DNA of 64,000 nucleotides from Hyphochytrium catenoides (lineage: Eukaryota > Protista > Hyphochytriomycota): positions 62,001 to 126,000 of the forward strand of contig FLMG01002864.1 in NCBI GenBank assembly GCA_900088475.1, read 5' to 3'. The notes under the pieces are model-generated. The model worked only from the letters and a program-made list of their open reading frames with translations. It was not told where the DNA came from and searched no databases. The translations under genes were made by a program, and so were the position numbers. How positions within the stretch are numbered: position 1 is the stretch's first letter; each line of letters opens with the position of its first letter. Positions 1 to 12,384 of the stretch are shown here, piece by piece.

Positions 1-1010
1 AATGACATGATCATCCACAACCGGATCCTTCCACGGGGGAAAGCCGGCAATAGGTATTGTTATTGGCAAGAAGCCTCCTGACGCCCCCTTCGATGCGGTT
101 CCAGGCTGCAAAGAGAGGGTACCAGATGCTTGGCAGGCGGAACCGGTCGACGCGTTTCTTTTGCCCTTTTTGAAAGCGCCATCCATAGACCCAGCGTCTG
201 CTAACTGTATAAGCGTCCACCGCATTACTGAGATCTGCATTCTCTCGCTGCAAGCAGGATCTTGGGCCACTCAGCATCTCGGTGGTAGACCCAAGAGAGA
301 TAAGTTTGCCTCACGAAGGTGAAAGCGGCTGAATAATGGCCATTAATAGGGCAAGCTGGACTACCCTGATGATGTTGGTTGATGAAGCCCCAACATAGAA
401 CCAGCTTCTTAGTCCAGAGCATGCCATGGAATGTGAGATCTGGGTCCTCTAACGACCATCTGGAAGTCACCTTCTTGAGGAGATCAGGCTGTTCGGAGCA
501 GCTTGCCAATATGAAAAGGGTTAGTTTGATAGGTACCTCTTGCACGAATGATCTCCATGTAGCACTTTTTTGACATCCCGATCGCCGCGTACGTATACGG
601 GGCAGGAATATCATTACTGAGGTACTCCTCTGGACTGAACCCACAGTAGGATAGCCATAGCTCCACCGGAATAAAGCCCACAAGCTCTGCTGTTGAGGCG
701 GGTTCTGGGTTCGATAAGGTGGCGGTTAATGAGCTCCAGAAGATTAGCTCAGAAAGATAGAGTCTAGCCATGCAGCCGCAACTTATGCTCATGAACATCT
801 TCTGGCCTTCCTCTCCCTGCTCGGCCCTGAACATGTTGATCTTCAAACTCTTGACCACCAACGCAACCTCCGCTCTAGCTTTCACCAAGGAGAAAAGCAT
901 CTGCAGCGTCGAACTGGATCCTATTCTCAAAATCTTGAAGCTGCTGCCAGCCAACCGATGCAGCATCGATTGCGTCCTCTTCCATGTCTTCTTCATCATG
1001 ACCATCTCAC
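1..1010 (-). pseudogene. Decayed, intron-less, frameshifted coding relic; possibly a tyrosine-recombinase mobile element (truncated by window edge)
   Basis: Protein-like segments switch between the three minus frames, with internal stops and no clear splice signals. The segments YHRDAEWPKIL and FQKGQKKRVDRFRLPSIWYPLFAAW..VRRLL loosely resemble the RxxE and K..K.R.V.LP..L..W..R motifs of tyrosine recombinases. Family assignment is weak inference. Confidence 0.25.
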
Positions 1011-1472
1011 TCTAGATTTTACCGTCAGCTCCAACTTCTCCATAGAAAGTAGTTTCTGTGGCTGTAACCAAGCCGACGATAAAGCCTCCAAACAAATTGG
1101 TCCTTGGATTTGGTCCTTGGATTACAAGATCTGTGACATGTACATGCCCTGTCAAGACGCGGCACCGTTGTAGGTTGTAAGCGCCTAAAGATCGAGTGAA
1201 CAGCAGGGAGGGAGACAGGAGGAGAGAGAGAGAGAAAGAAAGAGAGAGAAAGAAAGGAGAGAGAGAGAGAAAAGAGAGTTGGACGTCATTGTCAATCTTT
1301 GCTTTGTTAAATTACTTTTACTCGATTTGGCGCTCTGTCTCCAGCAGACCATAGAAATAAAGCTCCTATCACACTTATGTCCTCGCTCTCTCTCCTTTTA
1401 AGAGAGGACACCTTTGCTTTCTCTCTTTCTCCTCTTCGTCATCCTCTCCCTGTCTCTGTCCTGGTGCTGCTG

Positions 1473-3780
1473 TTAGTTGTTAATGCACCAGTGGCAAGCC
1501 GCGAGAGCGATGCCAAAAGCCTGAATGGGCGCTATGGGATGCCTATAGTCGAGAACGAACTTCCCTCTCCGAGCCTTGCCAAACTGCATGATACCTTTCA
1601 ACGCTAGGGAGACAAAGAAAGAACATCGGGAGATGTCAGTCGCTATGTCGAGATCAAAGGGGTGTAAGAGAGAGAGAGAGAGAGAGGAGAGAGGAGAGAG
1701 GAGAGAGGAAGAAACAGAGATCTACAAGCTCTACTAAGTCAAGGTAAATCGTTGACGTTAGATCCAGATGACTGGCGGCCGCCAAGTGAGAGACAGAGAG
1801 ACAGAGAGAGAGAGCTGGAAGCAACTGTTGGACTTACTGTCTGCAGAGGTGGTGAGCATAAAGTTCTTGGAGGACGCAGCCAGCACTCTGCCGCCGTTAA
1901 ACTTGAGAACCAAGCTCTTCAGCTCTGGATTCCACTCAGGCAGCTTGCTCCTCAGCTCCACCTTGTCGTGGTCTAACTCCGCTACGTCTCTCGTCTCCTC
2001 TCCCTTCGGAGGGCTCATCAGGTCTGCTTCCTCTCCCTCGGTGCTCTCCGCCCCACGGATGCTCTCTTCTCCATAGTTATTATCAGTGTGAGAGGAGCTC
2101 TTGGGATATTTTGAGTCAAAGAACTTGCTATTAGCGGTGCCTCGAGGTGTGGACGTCGGGCTGGAAAGAGCAAAGGAGGCCCTTCGTGGCAAGGAGGAGG
2201 TGGCAGGAGAGTCCATTCTCATGCTTCTCGGGCTAGAGAGAGAGAACGAAGTCAGAGACAGGGCGCCCGGGATAACGAGAGAGAGAGGATGACTTAGGAC
2301 AAGTGACAAGATCACCAAGAGAGGGAAGACTGAGATATGCCTACGCCCTTCTAATCGTTTGGATGACTCAGCATATCTGATAAGGACAAACAAGAGGGAG
2401 GGAGCGACGATAGAGCGATGAGGCTATGAGCTTACCACCAGACAACTCGGGTGCGCTTATCAGGCAAGACAGCGGGGATCTGAACAGTTAAACAGCGCAT
2501 ATCGGCGTCCACATAGGCAATCCTCTTTGTGCTCTGTGGGGCGTAGGGTGAGGAGAGGGAATGGCGTAGGACAGTGGAACATGTTGACGGGAGAGCGGAT
2601 GGCAAAGGGAAGGAAGCATAAGAAGAAAAGAGCGGCAGTAGCTACCTGGATGAAGGGTAAGAAAGAAAAGAAGAAGAACGACACGGAAGAGAACGGAGAT
2701 GGACTTCCAGCAACTCTACCTGTGAGATCTCAGCAAGAAGCTGTCTGTCACAAAGGACGTATGTCCCGTCATCTGCAGTATGTCCACAGGTATAATAACG
2801 GCCATCGCAGTGCTCACAGCCGGTGCTAAACAATTTGAACTGTGCCGAGTCTTCCACTCGCCGCAGAACCGCGCAGTAGCCAGAGGACGGATGGTCAGCT
2901 GTTTGCTCAGGAAAGTGCGAGTACTGAGAGATATAGAAGACGTCGCCAATCTGCTTTGCACTAAGAAGAAATCGATCATCTGCATCGGCGAACATCCTGC
3001 AGTGCCAGACCGAGCAAGAGACGCGTTAGACAGGAAGCGCTCACTCTAGGGGACGTGCACATAGGTATAGATATGTGGATATGAACAAAGAGTCGAGAGA
3101 GACGCCTCTTGAGCCGCCGAAGTGGCTCTCAACGTACCGATACTTGGTCTTATCCACTCGCTCGATGTAGCAATTAGTCCACTTCTTATCGCTTCCAACG
3201 GGGCTGAGGCATTCCTCTGAGATGACCTCCCGGGCATCGCCTCCCTCTAGTGAATCATAGTCCTCATAAGGTGTCTTGTGCACAACATGGCTCCAGTTCT
3301 GGTTCTTCTTCAGCACTGGGGGAGCGGCGTTTGGCTACAGGCACAGAGAGATGGGACATGAGAGAATGAGACCCACGGGAAGACAGGGCCAGTCGGCAGC
3401 ACTTAAGAATGAAAGAGAGAGAGAAAGACCGGACGCACTTAAAAAGAAATCATCTTTATGGAAACCTTCCAGTCGAGAGATAGAATGAGCCAAGGTTGAG
3501 GCGGTGAACATAGCAGCCATGGAACTCCATAGATCCCGTCTTAGGAGTAGAGGAAAGAGAGAGAGAAGGGACAGTAAACGGCACCAGGACGATGGAAAGA
3601 CGGACCCAAAGGTAGGGGAGTGTGAAGGCTTACCGTTCTGATAAACTTCGACGTGACTGCATTCAAGGCACTCATGGTCGGGCTGAGGAGCTGCGAGGCC
3701 AGATTGTCGTTGTTAGAGACGCCATCATCCAGATTGTTCGTGCTAATAGAGAGGTTTGGACGGTTGTTCCCTGCCATCAT
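1473..3780 (-). CDS. Tubby (Tub domain) family protein, multi-exon
   Basis: SKLPEWNPELKSLVLKFNGGRVLAASSKNFML matches the Tub motif NKxPxWN..LNFxGRVxxASxKNF. The last exon reads LKGIMQFGKARRGKFVLDYRHPIAPIQAFGIAL..NN* (Tub QFGK..F.xDYRxP...QAF motif), with TAA at 1473-1475. The N-half has CYIER and FLLSAK..FYISQY..YCAVL. Start at 3780 and the 5' exon phases are uncertain. Confidence 0.88.
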
Positions 3781-4159
3781 TCTTCTGTCCGTCTCTCTTT
3801 CTCCTTTCTGTCTATTCTTTGGCGATGGCAGGCGAAGGCCTAGGTTGCCTCTTCTTCAGTTAATTTAAAGCTTGGAGTCCTCGTGAAGCTATCTTTCTTT
3901 GGCGTCTCTATTTTTGATTGTCGCTCCTGGTGCTTCAAGTTCTTTGGTTTCAACCTGCACTCGCGCCTTTGAATTGTCTGGCTGATTGGCTGGCGGCCGG
4001 CTAAGACCGGTGAGATTGAGCGCTTAAGAGGGTGATCTGAGAAGGAAAATCGCACCGAGGTGAAGAGGAGTGACATACAGCTAGTGAGACTCGGGAGGTA
4101 GGGCACATCGCCTGGAGCTGTGTGGCCACGCTTAACCAAGTAAGGTCTCAAGAGAAATT

Positions 4160-4597
4160 TCTAAAGGTGCAAGGAAGGAGAAACAGAGGGAGAGAGGAAG
4201 AAAGAGAGAAGACAGAGAGAGAGGGAGAGAGGGAAAGAGGGTAGAGAAAGGGAGAGAAAGAAAGAGAGGAACAAGAGAGGGAGAGAAAGGAGAGGCCAAG
4301 AGAGGCGGGACTACTGGCAAAAGAAGCTGCCTGAAGAGGAATCTATCATAAAGAGATAGATGGAGATGAGCAAGGGCTCTGAATATAAGGAGAGGGAGGT
4401 AAAGAGAACGGGAGAGAGACATCTTGATGGAGCAAAGGTAGCAGATCAATAACGCTGCAAGTGCTCGATTGGGCCTAGCGCCAGCAAGAAAAGATAGACA
4501 CTGGAACGAAGGACAGGAAAACAGCTCATAAAAGGAGTTGAACTGACCAAGAGGGAGTAAGAAAAGCAAGAGAGAGAAAGAAAGAGATAGAGAGAAA

Positions 4598-4640
<43 letters not shown>
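4160..4640 (+). repeat. Polypurine tract ending in a (GA)n microsatellite
   Basis: Near-continuous A/G runs, with perfect (GA)n at about 4600-4640. Confidence 0.9.
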
Positions 4641-4645
<5 letters not shown>

Positions 4646-4929
4646 TAAGGGTTTCCCATCATGGGCTGCACGGCCATCACCGCTAGGATTTGATCCCTCC
4701 TTTAAACCGCATTACTACTCCACCAACCCATACCTAATGTTAGGGCTAGGGGTGTATTACTTCCATAGTGGTCGTTACATTTCAGAACCTTTGACCATCC
4801 CAAAACCTCGTCACATCGCCTTCTGACCCTAACATATTCCGCATACTGCACTTTCATATCTACGTATAGGTTACTTGTAACCCAATGATTGACCGCCTAT
4901 TTGGGATCAAGGCGTTATTCAGCGTGCAT

Positions 4930-4978
4930 TCTCTCTCTCTCTCTCTCTCTCTCACTCACTCTCTCTCGCTCTCGCTCT
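4930..4978 (+). repeat. (TC)n microsatellite running into an assembly gap
   Basis: tctctctc... is followed directly by Ns at 4979-5018. Confidence 0.9.
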
Positions 4979-5018
4979 NNNNNNNNNNNNNNNNNNNNNN
5001 NNNNNNNNNNNNNNNNNN
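4979..5018. other. Assembly gap (others at 35385-35460 and 42121-42237)
   Basis: Runs of N. Confidence 1.
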
Positions 5019-6511
5019 TCTGTTAAGAAAGATCAGCGTCGCTGCGTTCTACTGTCGGCCCAAAGCTCTTTCTGCCCGTCTCCATAGCCCTTTCTTAGAC
5101 AGTGGTCAGACTCTTACAAATGCCCGCCGCTCTCTGAAGAAGAGCGTGTCGCCAACAACGCTGCAATGTATCCATTGGATAGTGCTGTTGAGAGAGAGCG
5201 ACAGATGGCCATAGATACAGACAGGAAGAGACGGATCGGCATAAAGATGGAAGATGGGTCAGAACAGACAGACAACATCGAAGAGAGTTAGGAGTGAGTG
5301 AGAGCGGGAAAGAAAATGTGGAGCAGAATGCTTGAAAGGCTGGAATAAGAAGTGGAATAGCAGTCGGGAGTACAGCAGCCTTTCTGCCATTCTATAAGTG
5401 TTTATTATTCTGACAAACATCATTACATTGGGCTGCTAGAACTAGAGCGAACCGGCGGAGTTGTCAGAAGAGAGCACGCGCTCAGGTACACAGAGGGCAG
5501 AGGACAGACAAACAAGATCGACGTCAGAATAGTAAAAGACAGACAGAGAGGGCAAGGGAGAGAAAGAGAGCTTAGCAAAGTGATGGACGTTGATCTGGAA
5601 GAGAAGCGGAGATCTGAGTGACTCGGAAGATTTCAAAGCCCTTTGCCGGAAGATCTTACGGACAGTGGGGCATGCGGGAAAGCAGAGCAGGCAGAAGGAA
5701 AGAGTATGCGCTGTTCAGCCAGACTACCCAGCATCCTTCTTCTGCAACGCTGCTTCTCTGCTTTCTTCGCTTTTTCCCTCATTTAAACCATGTCCAAAAG
5801 TAAATATTTTCCAGAGTCTGCCGCCTTACAGGCTGCATGGTTAGTGTGAGTGCGCTGGGAGTGACTGATAGTATAGAACTCCTTCTTGCCACTAAAAGGC
5901 GACGCGGGGGAACTGAAGGGTTAGACAGACCGGGAGCCCCGGGACATCTATGGCTCGCGAGCCTATGAATAACCGACTGTTATAGAGAAACATTATCGGC
6001 CCAGATAGCGTTGAGTTTGAGGCCTCCAGCTGTACATTTCCTCTCTAGTCTTGCTCTGTGCGTGAAGTTTCTTGGTCCTTTCGTTAGGGACTATCCATCC
6101 CCGCTGCCCCAGATGAGTATCATGACGGATAGACGCTGGAAAGAACGAATGCTTGAGCGTCAGCGAGCCCAAAGAGATCAATGCTCACATGAAGAGATTT
6201 GTGCTTAAATAGTGAAGGACCTTCCTTGTTTGGTTTGCTCGGGTCTCGTGACATAGATTGAGAGCGAGCCCAGTCGAAAAACAAAGGAAAGAGAAGGACA
6301 GGAAAGGTCGAAAGAGCATACGAGAGTATTCATGAACTCTTTGCCACTTGTTAAACGTTGGGTCAAGGTGACAGTGGGAGCTGATGGAATGGAAAGGATC
6401 TAGCAAGTTGGGAGTGCGCCATCTACTAGGCACTGGGTTGCAATAGGAGAGAATGGACAAGGGTTGCTATAGAGATGGCTTCGCAGGTGAATCAGTGAAT
6501 GAGATAGGCCA

Positions 6512-9500
6512 TCACTGTGACGAAGGAGGTTGCTGCGGCTGCTGGACCTTCTTCTTCTTGAAGGGTGAAAGACTCCCAGCATCCTTCAGCTTGTCTAGCA
6601 AGGCGCCACCAGCCTCATACAGGGCTCTAGTGGGAGACCTGCTTCTCGCAGGGGATGGAGGACCTTCCTGTCCCTTTTTTTCTCCTTCTCGTCCTTTCGT
6701 AGAATAACTTGGTCCACTTTGCTCTCGTTTGCTCGGCGATGTAAGGCCCGGTCGCGAGGTCTTGCTCGGGTTTGAGGCCGCTGTTTTCCGGGCGGTCGGA
6801 GAGAAAGGGTCATTTGCAGCCTTGACCACTTTCTTTCCTTTAATTGGCGAAGTTAAGAAGTTTTTGAGGTCGTCTAGGAGCTCTGTCACGTTGAGTCTTC
6901 CAACTATTGGCACTTTCTCTGACGCTGCCTGCAGGAGAGCCTCTTGTCTCTTCTTCCTTGCCTCCAGAGCAATATCGCTAAGGAGCTTCTTTCTCTGCTT
7001 GTTTCCTTTCCACGTGGCTTGGATTCTTGCGGCGTACTTCCATAGCTTCTCTTGTTGCCTCTTATGATAGGCGTTTTCATAGGTAATGATCCTGTTTCGG
7101 ATCTCTCTTGCGAGCTCATAGGAGCGGAACGTATGGGGAGGATCCCAAGTAGACGAGAGGGAGATAGAATGGACGAAGTACCACTGGCCATTGTCCCAGT
7201 CATAATATTCCTGCCAGAGTCTGTCAATGGCCTTGACATCGAGGTCCACCTCCTGGTCCTTTTTGCCGTCTATCTGGACTCTGACGAGACCGAAGGCGTT
7301 GCGAGGGACTCTTATGACAATGCCACTCTGTATGATGTCCTCAGGGTCTACAAAGCGGTAGGGGATCGAAGTCAGGGAAGATTTACCAGGAGGTCTGGGA
7401 GACGGGTCGAGACGTCGTCACGGACCAAAAAGAGACAAGAACATTGGCCAAAGTGCTATCAAGAAAGAAGTCTCGTAGCAAACGATCAGCAGTTCAAATG
7501 CTCAATAGCACAGCGAAGCTTTCCCTCCTGGCTGATACAGAAATGGAACAGAAAAATGACCCATTCAAGGACAATGTAGCATGCGCAGGCAGTATGATTA
7601 ACTCTGCTGGCTTCAGCGGAAGGTGGGGAAACAGGCACAAGGAGATAACCCTTCGTAAGATGACATGGGTTGCCATTAAGGCAAACCAAGCTACAAGGAG
7701 TTATTATCATTTGACTAGAGATTAAAAGCCGGTAAACAACGGAAGCGAAAGAGAAAAATGATGGCGTAGTTACCAGGCATGATCTTCACGTACAGCCCGC
7801 GCTCCTGTGGAGCCACAATGTTCAGCTTCTTCTGCAGTTCTGGAGCCAGGTTACTGCGCATTTGAGGCAGCGCTGTCAGCTCTGACTTCCAAGCCACCTT
7901 GGATTTCATCCAGCCAGTGCTAGAGAACCCTTCAGCACATTTACCATGAGTGGCACACAGGAACAAAGTAGAGAGGGGGACGTCAAATGAAAGGTTCAAA
8001 AACCAGAAGACTATGACACAGAGGACGAGGTCCCGGACGGATGGCAGTGCTAGTGTGCTATTGTCTGGCTGTGGGTGGACAGCAGCATTTGCCAATGCGC
8101 AACAAGAAATTACCGGCACAATTTTCCATGCGGATGCATTCTTCCTTCATCTGAGAGACGGTCATTCGCTCTACGAGCTTCAGATCGTTCCCGAGAGAGT
8201 CTTTCTCAGGGTAGAATTCAAACTTCGTCGCTAGCGGCAAAAGCAGTAAATAAGTCTGATCAGTTAGTCACTCTAATAGGCTCCGACAAGGACAAGAAGT
8301 AAATCCAGCACCATGTGGCTAGGGAATCAAATGGGAGAATGAGTGGCGAACTAACTCATACAACGGGCCAGATAGGTCAAGAACAATCTTTATCTTTGTG
8401 TCTTCCTCAATTACTCTTACCTAGAGCTCTGGCTTGAAAGGCATCGGTAAGACGCACCTCCACGCCTGTAACTAACCAATCAGGCAATCGAATCCTCCTT
8501 TGCAGCAGAAACCGTCGAGTGTGGGCTTGAATGAGCGTGGCAGCCTTCCTCCTCTTCTCCTTGATCTCGAGGTAGCGCCTTCTAGGCCCGTATCGCCTCA
8601 CTATGGCTTGGATTCTTATGGCAGAGTTATGCTGTAGCTCATCGAGGAGGAAGGCTCTCGTTTCTTTCTCGGCTGACATCATCAGCTTCCTCTCCTCTCT
8701 CTCGATCATTATTCTTTGCCCTGTGGGCCAGATAGCAAGAGATTGAGCAAATTAGCCACCGTTCTTCTCCTCTACATACCTCCTCCCTTAGTTTCCCGCA
8801 CTCTCTCTCCTCGTCTCTCGCTCTCTCCTTGTGTTTCTCTCTGGTAGGGCAAGTACCACTTCTCCTCCCTTCGACTTTCAACTTACCTCTCGACCACTTG
8901 CTCGGGCGCATTCTCTTTCCCTGCCTGCTCATCTCCTGCAAAAGTCTATTTCTCTCCTTCACTTGCTCCTCCAGATTGTCCTTGAGGCCTATTACCCTTT
9001 GGTGAAGGACAAGCATCTTCTCACCCTGTCCAGCGAGATTATCGCAGTCAATCCTGACTTGGTGTATGTAGCGGGCGTAGGACCTTTGAAGTGGTTTATC
9101 CAGCTGAAGGCTTGGAGACTAGGCCGAGTAAGTGAGGAGTATACATATGGAAGGCAGCCCGTTGTTAGATTTGAGGAGATAACAAGGCGCCGGGAGAGAA
9201 TGTAGGGATGCCGATCAGCTTGATGTCGGAAAAAGGAAGTCCCAATCGCTATCACTCTAGGGTTAGAGGCCGATTGTCGGAATATAGAAGAATAGCTGGC
9301 ACTCCTTTTCCATAAAGAGAGAGACAAGAGAGAGAGAGAGCGCGAGAGAGAGACCCAGAGAGAAAAGCCAGACAGACAGAGAAAAGGCCAGAGAGAGAGA
9401 GAAAAAGAGGGAGAGAGACTCCAAGACAAAAGGAACTTGGAGGCAAGAAGGTCACCTGCTGATGCATTCTCGCCCCCAGAAGGCCCAGGACATCGTCTCC

Positions 9501-10876
9501 CACCATACAGGAACCCTATTACATCAGAGAGAAGGATGATGAGAGACAAGTAAAAGAAAACAGAGCAGAGGCGCTGGAGAAGTCCCATAGTTGCGGGACT
9601 GCTAGTTCCGGATTTGGATGGAGAGAACTTACCAGAACATCCTCAACATGCTTGAGGACGAAAGGCATCAAGCTCTATCGTATGTCCGATGAAGTAGCCG
9701 ATGTTTCGAAATGAGAAGGGGTGAGAAAGGTGTTACCCTTAGCTCCACTGCCGCGATAGGCACCATATGCTTCCTACCTCTAGGTAATCTACAGGGCTCC
9801 GGCGTTGTCCAAGTTGAATCAAAATTCCCCGCACGCCTTCGTTTTCCTTCTCCAGGTTTGTTCCTTTCTGAGACTGAGAGGGAGAGAGGGGCCGAAGCTC
9901 TGGCTCTCCATAGGTGACGATACAAAGCTCCTGGCACCGATGGATCTCCTCAAGATCCTCTGCGGTCAATGAGGATGGAGATCCCTCCTCCAACAAGTCA
10001 TCATCTAGCTCTTTGATACGCTCTACCGACCTCAATATCGTCCCATATTGAGCCTAAGAGAGAAGAGAAAGGAGGAGAGGGAGATCAGACAGGTGGAAAG
10101 GAGAATCGGAAGGAGGAGACAGTGGAGCAGTTAACAGGCAGGGAAAGCAGATGAAGAGGTGAGGATAGGAAGCGTGGAAAGGAGGAGAGAACCCTATAAG
10201 ATAAAGAGCGCGGCCCCAGGTAGGAGAGAAGAGCTCTAAGGGTGTAAACAAGACACCTGCATCTCCTCTAAAATCTTATCCATCTTCATGCGCAGCTTCT
10301 CGAGACTCCGATAGGACTCCATCGCGGCCCGCTCATCTCTCCCCTCAGACTGCATAGGTGGCATATGTTCAGGTGTAGGAGGGACAAGACAGGCGGCATG
10401 GAAAGGCTCTTAGTTCTGACGGATTGAAACCGGAAACCCTCGTACCACCCAAGAGAATAAGAGGCACATGGCAACGACATAGAGAGCTGAGAACTGAGAG
10501 GAGTAGGAAACCAGAGAAGAGGCTTCAGCTGTAACGATTGAAGACCAGCCCGCTAGTCAGAGGTAGTGCTAGTGGCCCTCGGACGCACCAGGCTGATAAG
10601 GTAGTCTCCTAGCCAGAGGAACGGATCAAGCGGCTTAGCCATTGAGACCCGCCGTAACCCATTGAAGGCGGCACGAAGGACCATCTACGAAGCTAGTTGT
10701 TAGCAACTGGAAGTTTAGATAGGACGCAAGACGACTCGTGGCACTTCGATGTCTTCCTTCCATTCTGTACGGACCTCTTGGGTTCCAATTCTCTTGATCT
10801 CCTCGGGGGTCTGAGCCCTCACCACTGAATTAGCAGTAAGGCGTTTCTGCCGCAAGGCTGATGCTAGGAAATCCAT
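6512..10876 (-). CDS. Multidomain protein: Dpy-30-like motif, possible enolase-4-like remnant, coiled coil, IQ motifs, PAN/apple-like insert, WW domain, IQ
   Basis: Dpy-30-like segment FNGLRRVSMAKPLDPFLWLGDYL (about 10595-10685). IQ motifs: SAIRIQAIVRRY, AATLIQAHTRRF and AARIQATWKGNKQRK. WW domain: WQEYYDWDNGQWYFVHSISLSSTWDPP. Exons from about 9120 to 6512 join in frame through GT-AG introns. Exon structure from 9200 to 10550 is unresolved, so the single-gene model and the enolase-like call are inference. Confidence 0.6.
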
Positions 10877-12384
10877 CCTCCTAGCTCTTGGCTCCTCGTC
10901 GGCTTACGTTATACTGTGATCCTCAACTAGTGTCATGACTCAAAGCGAGAAGCATTGCTGCTCAGCTGGACTGCAACAGCAAAGCTCCTAAGCAAATGAA
11001 CGGTTTTCGCCTCGTGTCGCATCTGAAGGGGAGACGACGATGAGCTGCTGATCCGCCTCTCTAGACTAACCCAAATACCTCCCGAAAGACATACACACAG
11101 ACACAGAGAGAAAGAGAGAGAAAGAGAGAGAAAGAGAGAGAAAGAGAGAGAGAGGGTGGTGCCTGAAGACTAGCAGGCACTGGGGCTCGCTCTTTGCTTG
11201 AAGTCTGGACCCGTTGGGAAGAGGAGCGATAAGGCTGATGAGAGAATGACCTAAAGGCTGCTGGGCTGAAGTCGCTAGTAGGCCGGGCGTGACCATGACC
11301 TTTCATTCCTCTACCTCATAAAACCTCGCCGAAAGCTGAATAGAGCTCTCGAATTTATCTGAGACTTAGCTTGTTAAACATTCAGTACATACCGAAAACA
11401 GCCACTTTCGTCAAGCAGAATGCCGAATACACCACGAGGCTCCCCCTGGAGTTGCAGCATCAGTTCTATCATGATCGAGGAGATGGTTGCAATGCGTCTT
11501 CGTCATTTCCTCTTGGAAGCTTGGACTTTTGACTTTCCAGCAGTGGCGCATCCTGCCAAGAGAGTCCTGCTCGACAGCTCCCTCAGCTAGGAGGTAGATC
11601 AAACCGTTTCAATGCAGTGCTAAGTTATGCCTGACTGTCTCCAAGGTGAGAGAGGCGCTACCTGGCTTAAGTTGCGGGTTGGCAAGGAGAAGAAGATGAA
11701 GACCCGTAGCAGCTACAAGCTCAGGTTTAGGTCCCGTCGACCGAGGATTCAACTGACCTTTACTTCTATGGAATAATATGAAGAAATATCATGACAATGG
11801 CGTTGCCAGTAATGAGTCTCAATGAGCGGAGCGTCCCAACGAGCGAGGGTCTCAATTCCCGTCTAATCCGTAATCCATGCCGCCTTAGCTACTCTTCAAC
11901 TTGGTGATATAGCAGCGTTGCACGGTGACCTCTGTCTTTTTCTTCAGTTTATTCGGCTGATAGTAGTCTTAGACCAGAGGGCTTATAGGTGACTTATAAC
12001 CTTCCCACTTGAGTGCATAGTAACTATGTATGTTCCCTTTCCTTTATGATACGGGATGACGCCACATCTCCCTATCCCTACAGGTAGCAGCCCTGGCGCT
12101 ACGATCTAGACCTATCCATATCTACTTACACCCTCATATGCCTGAAGATAAGGGGCTTATACCTGGGTAGTCTTCTTGTGTCCAAGAGAGGAAAATCAAC
12201 AGGAATGGCGAGGCGAGAATATTGAAAAGCTCTGATGCCCCATGAAGCCTCGTCCCGTAGCTCAGGTGAAGAGGTAGTCTGAGCTACACATAGAGAGGTT
12301 ACTGCTCTATGGAAAGGCCTTCCCTGTTCCAAAATAAATATATATCGCTTTAGGGAGCGGAGATAGACTGGCGTCCAAAATGAC

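Noticed and set aside
4132-4680. 182-aa Leu/Ser-rich membrane-like ORF
   Set aside because: It is the translation of a (TC)n low-complexity tract.
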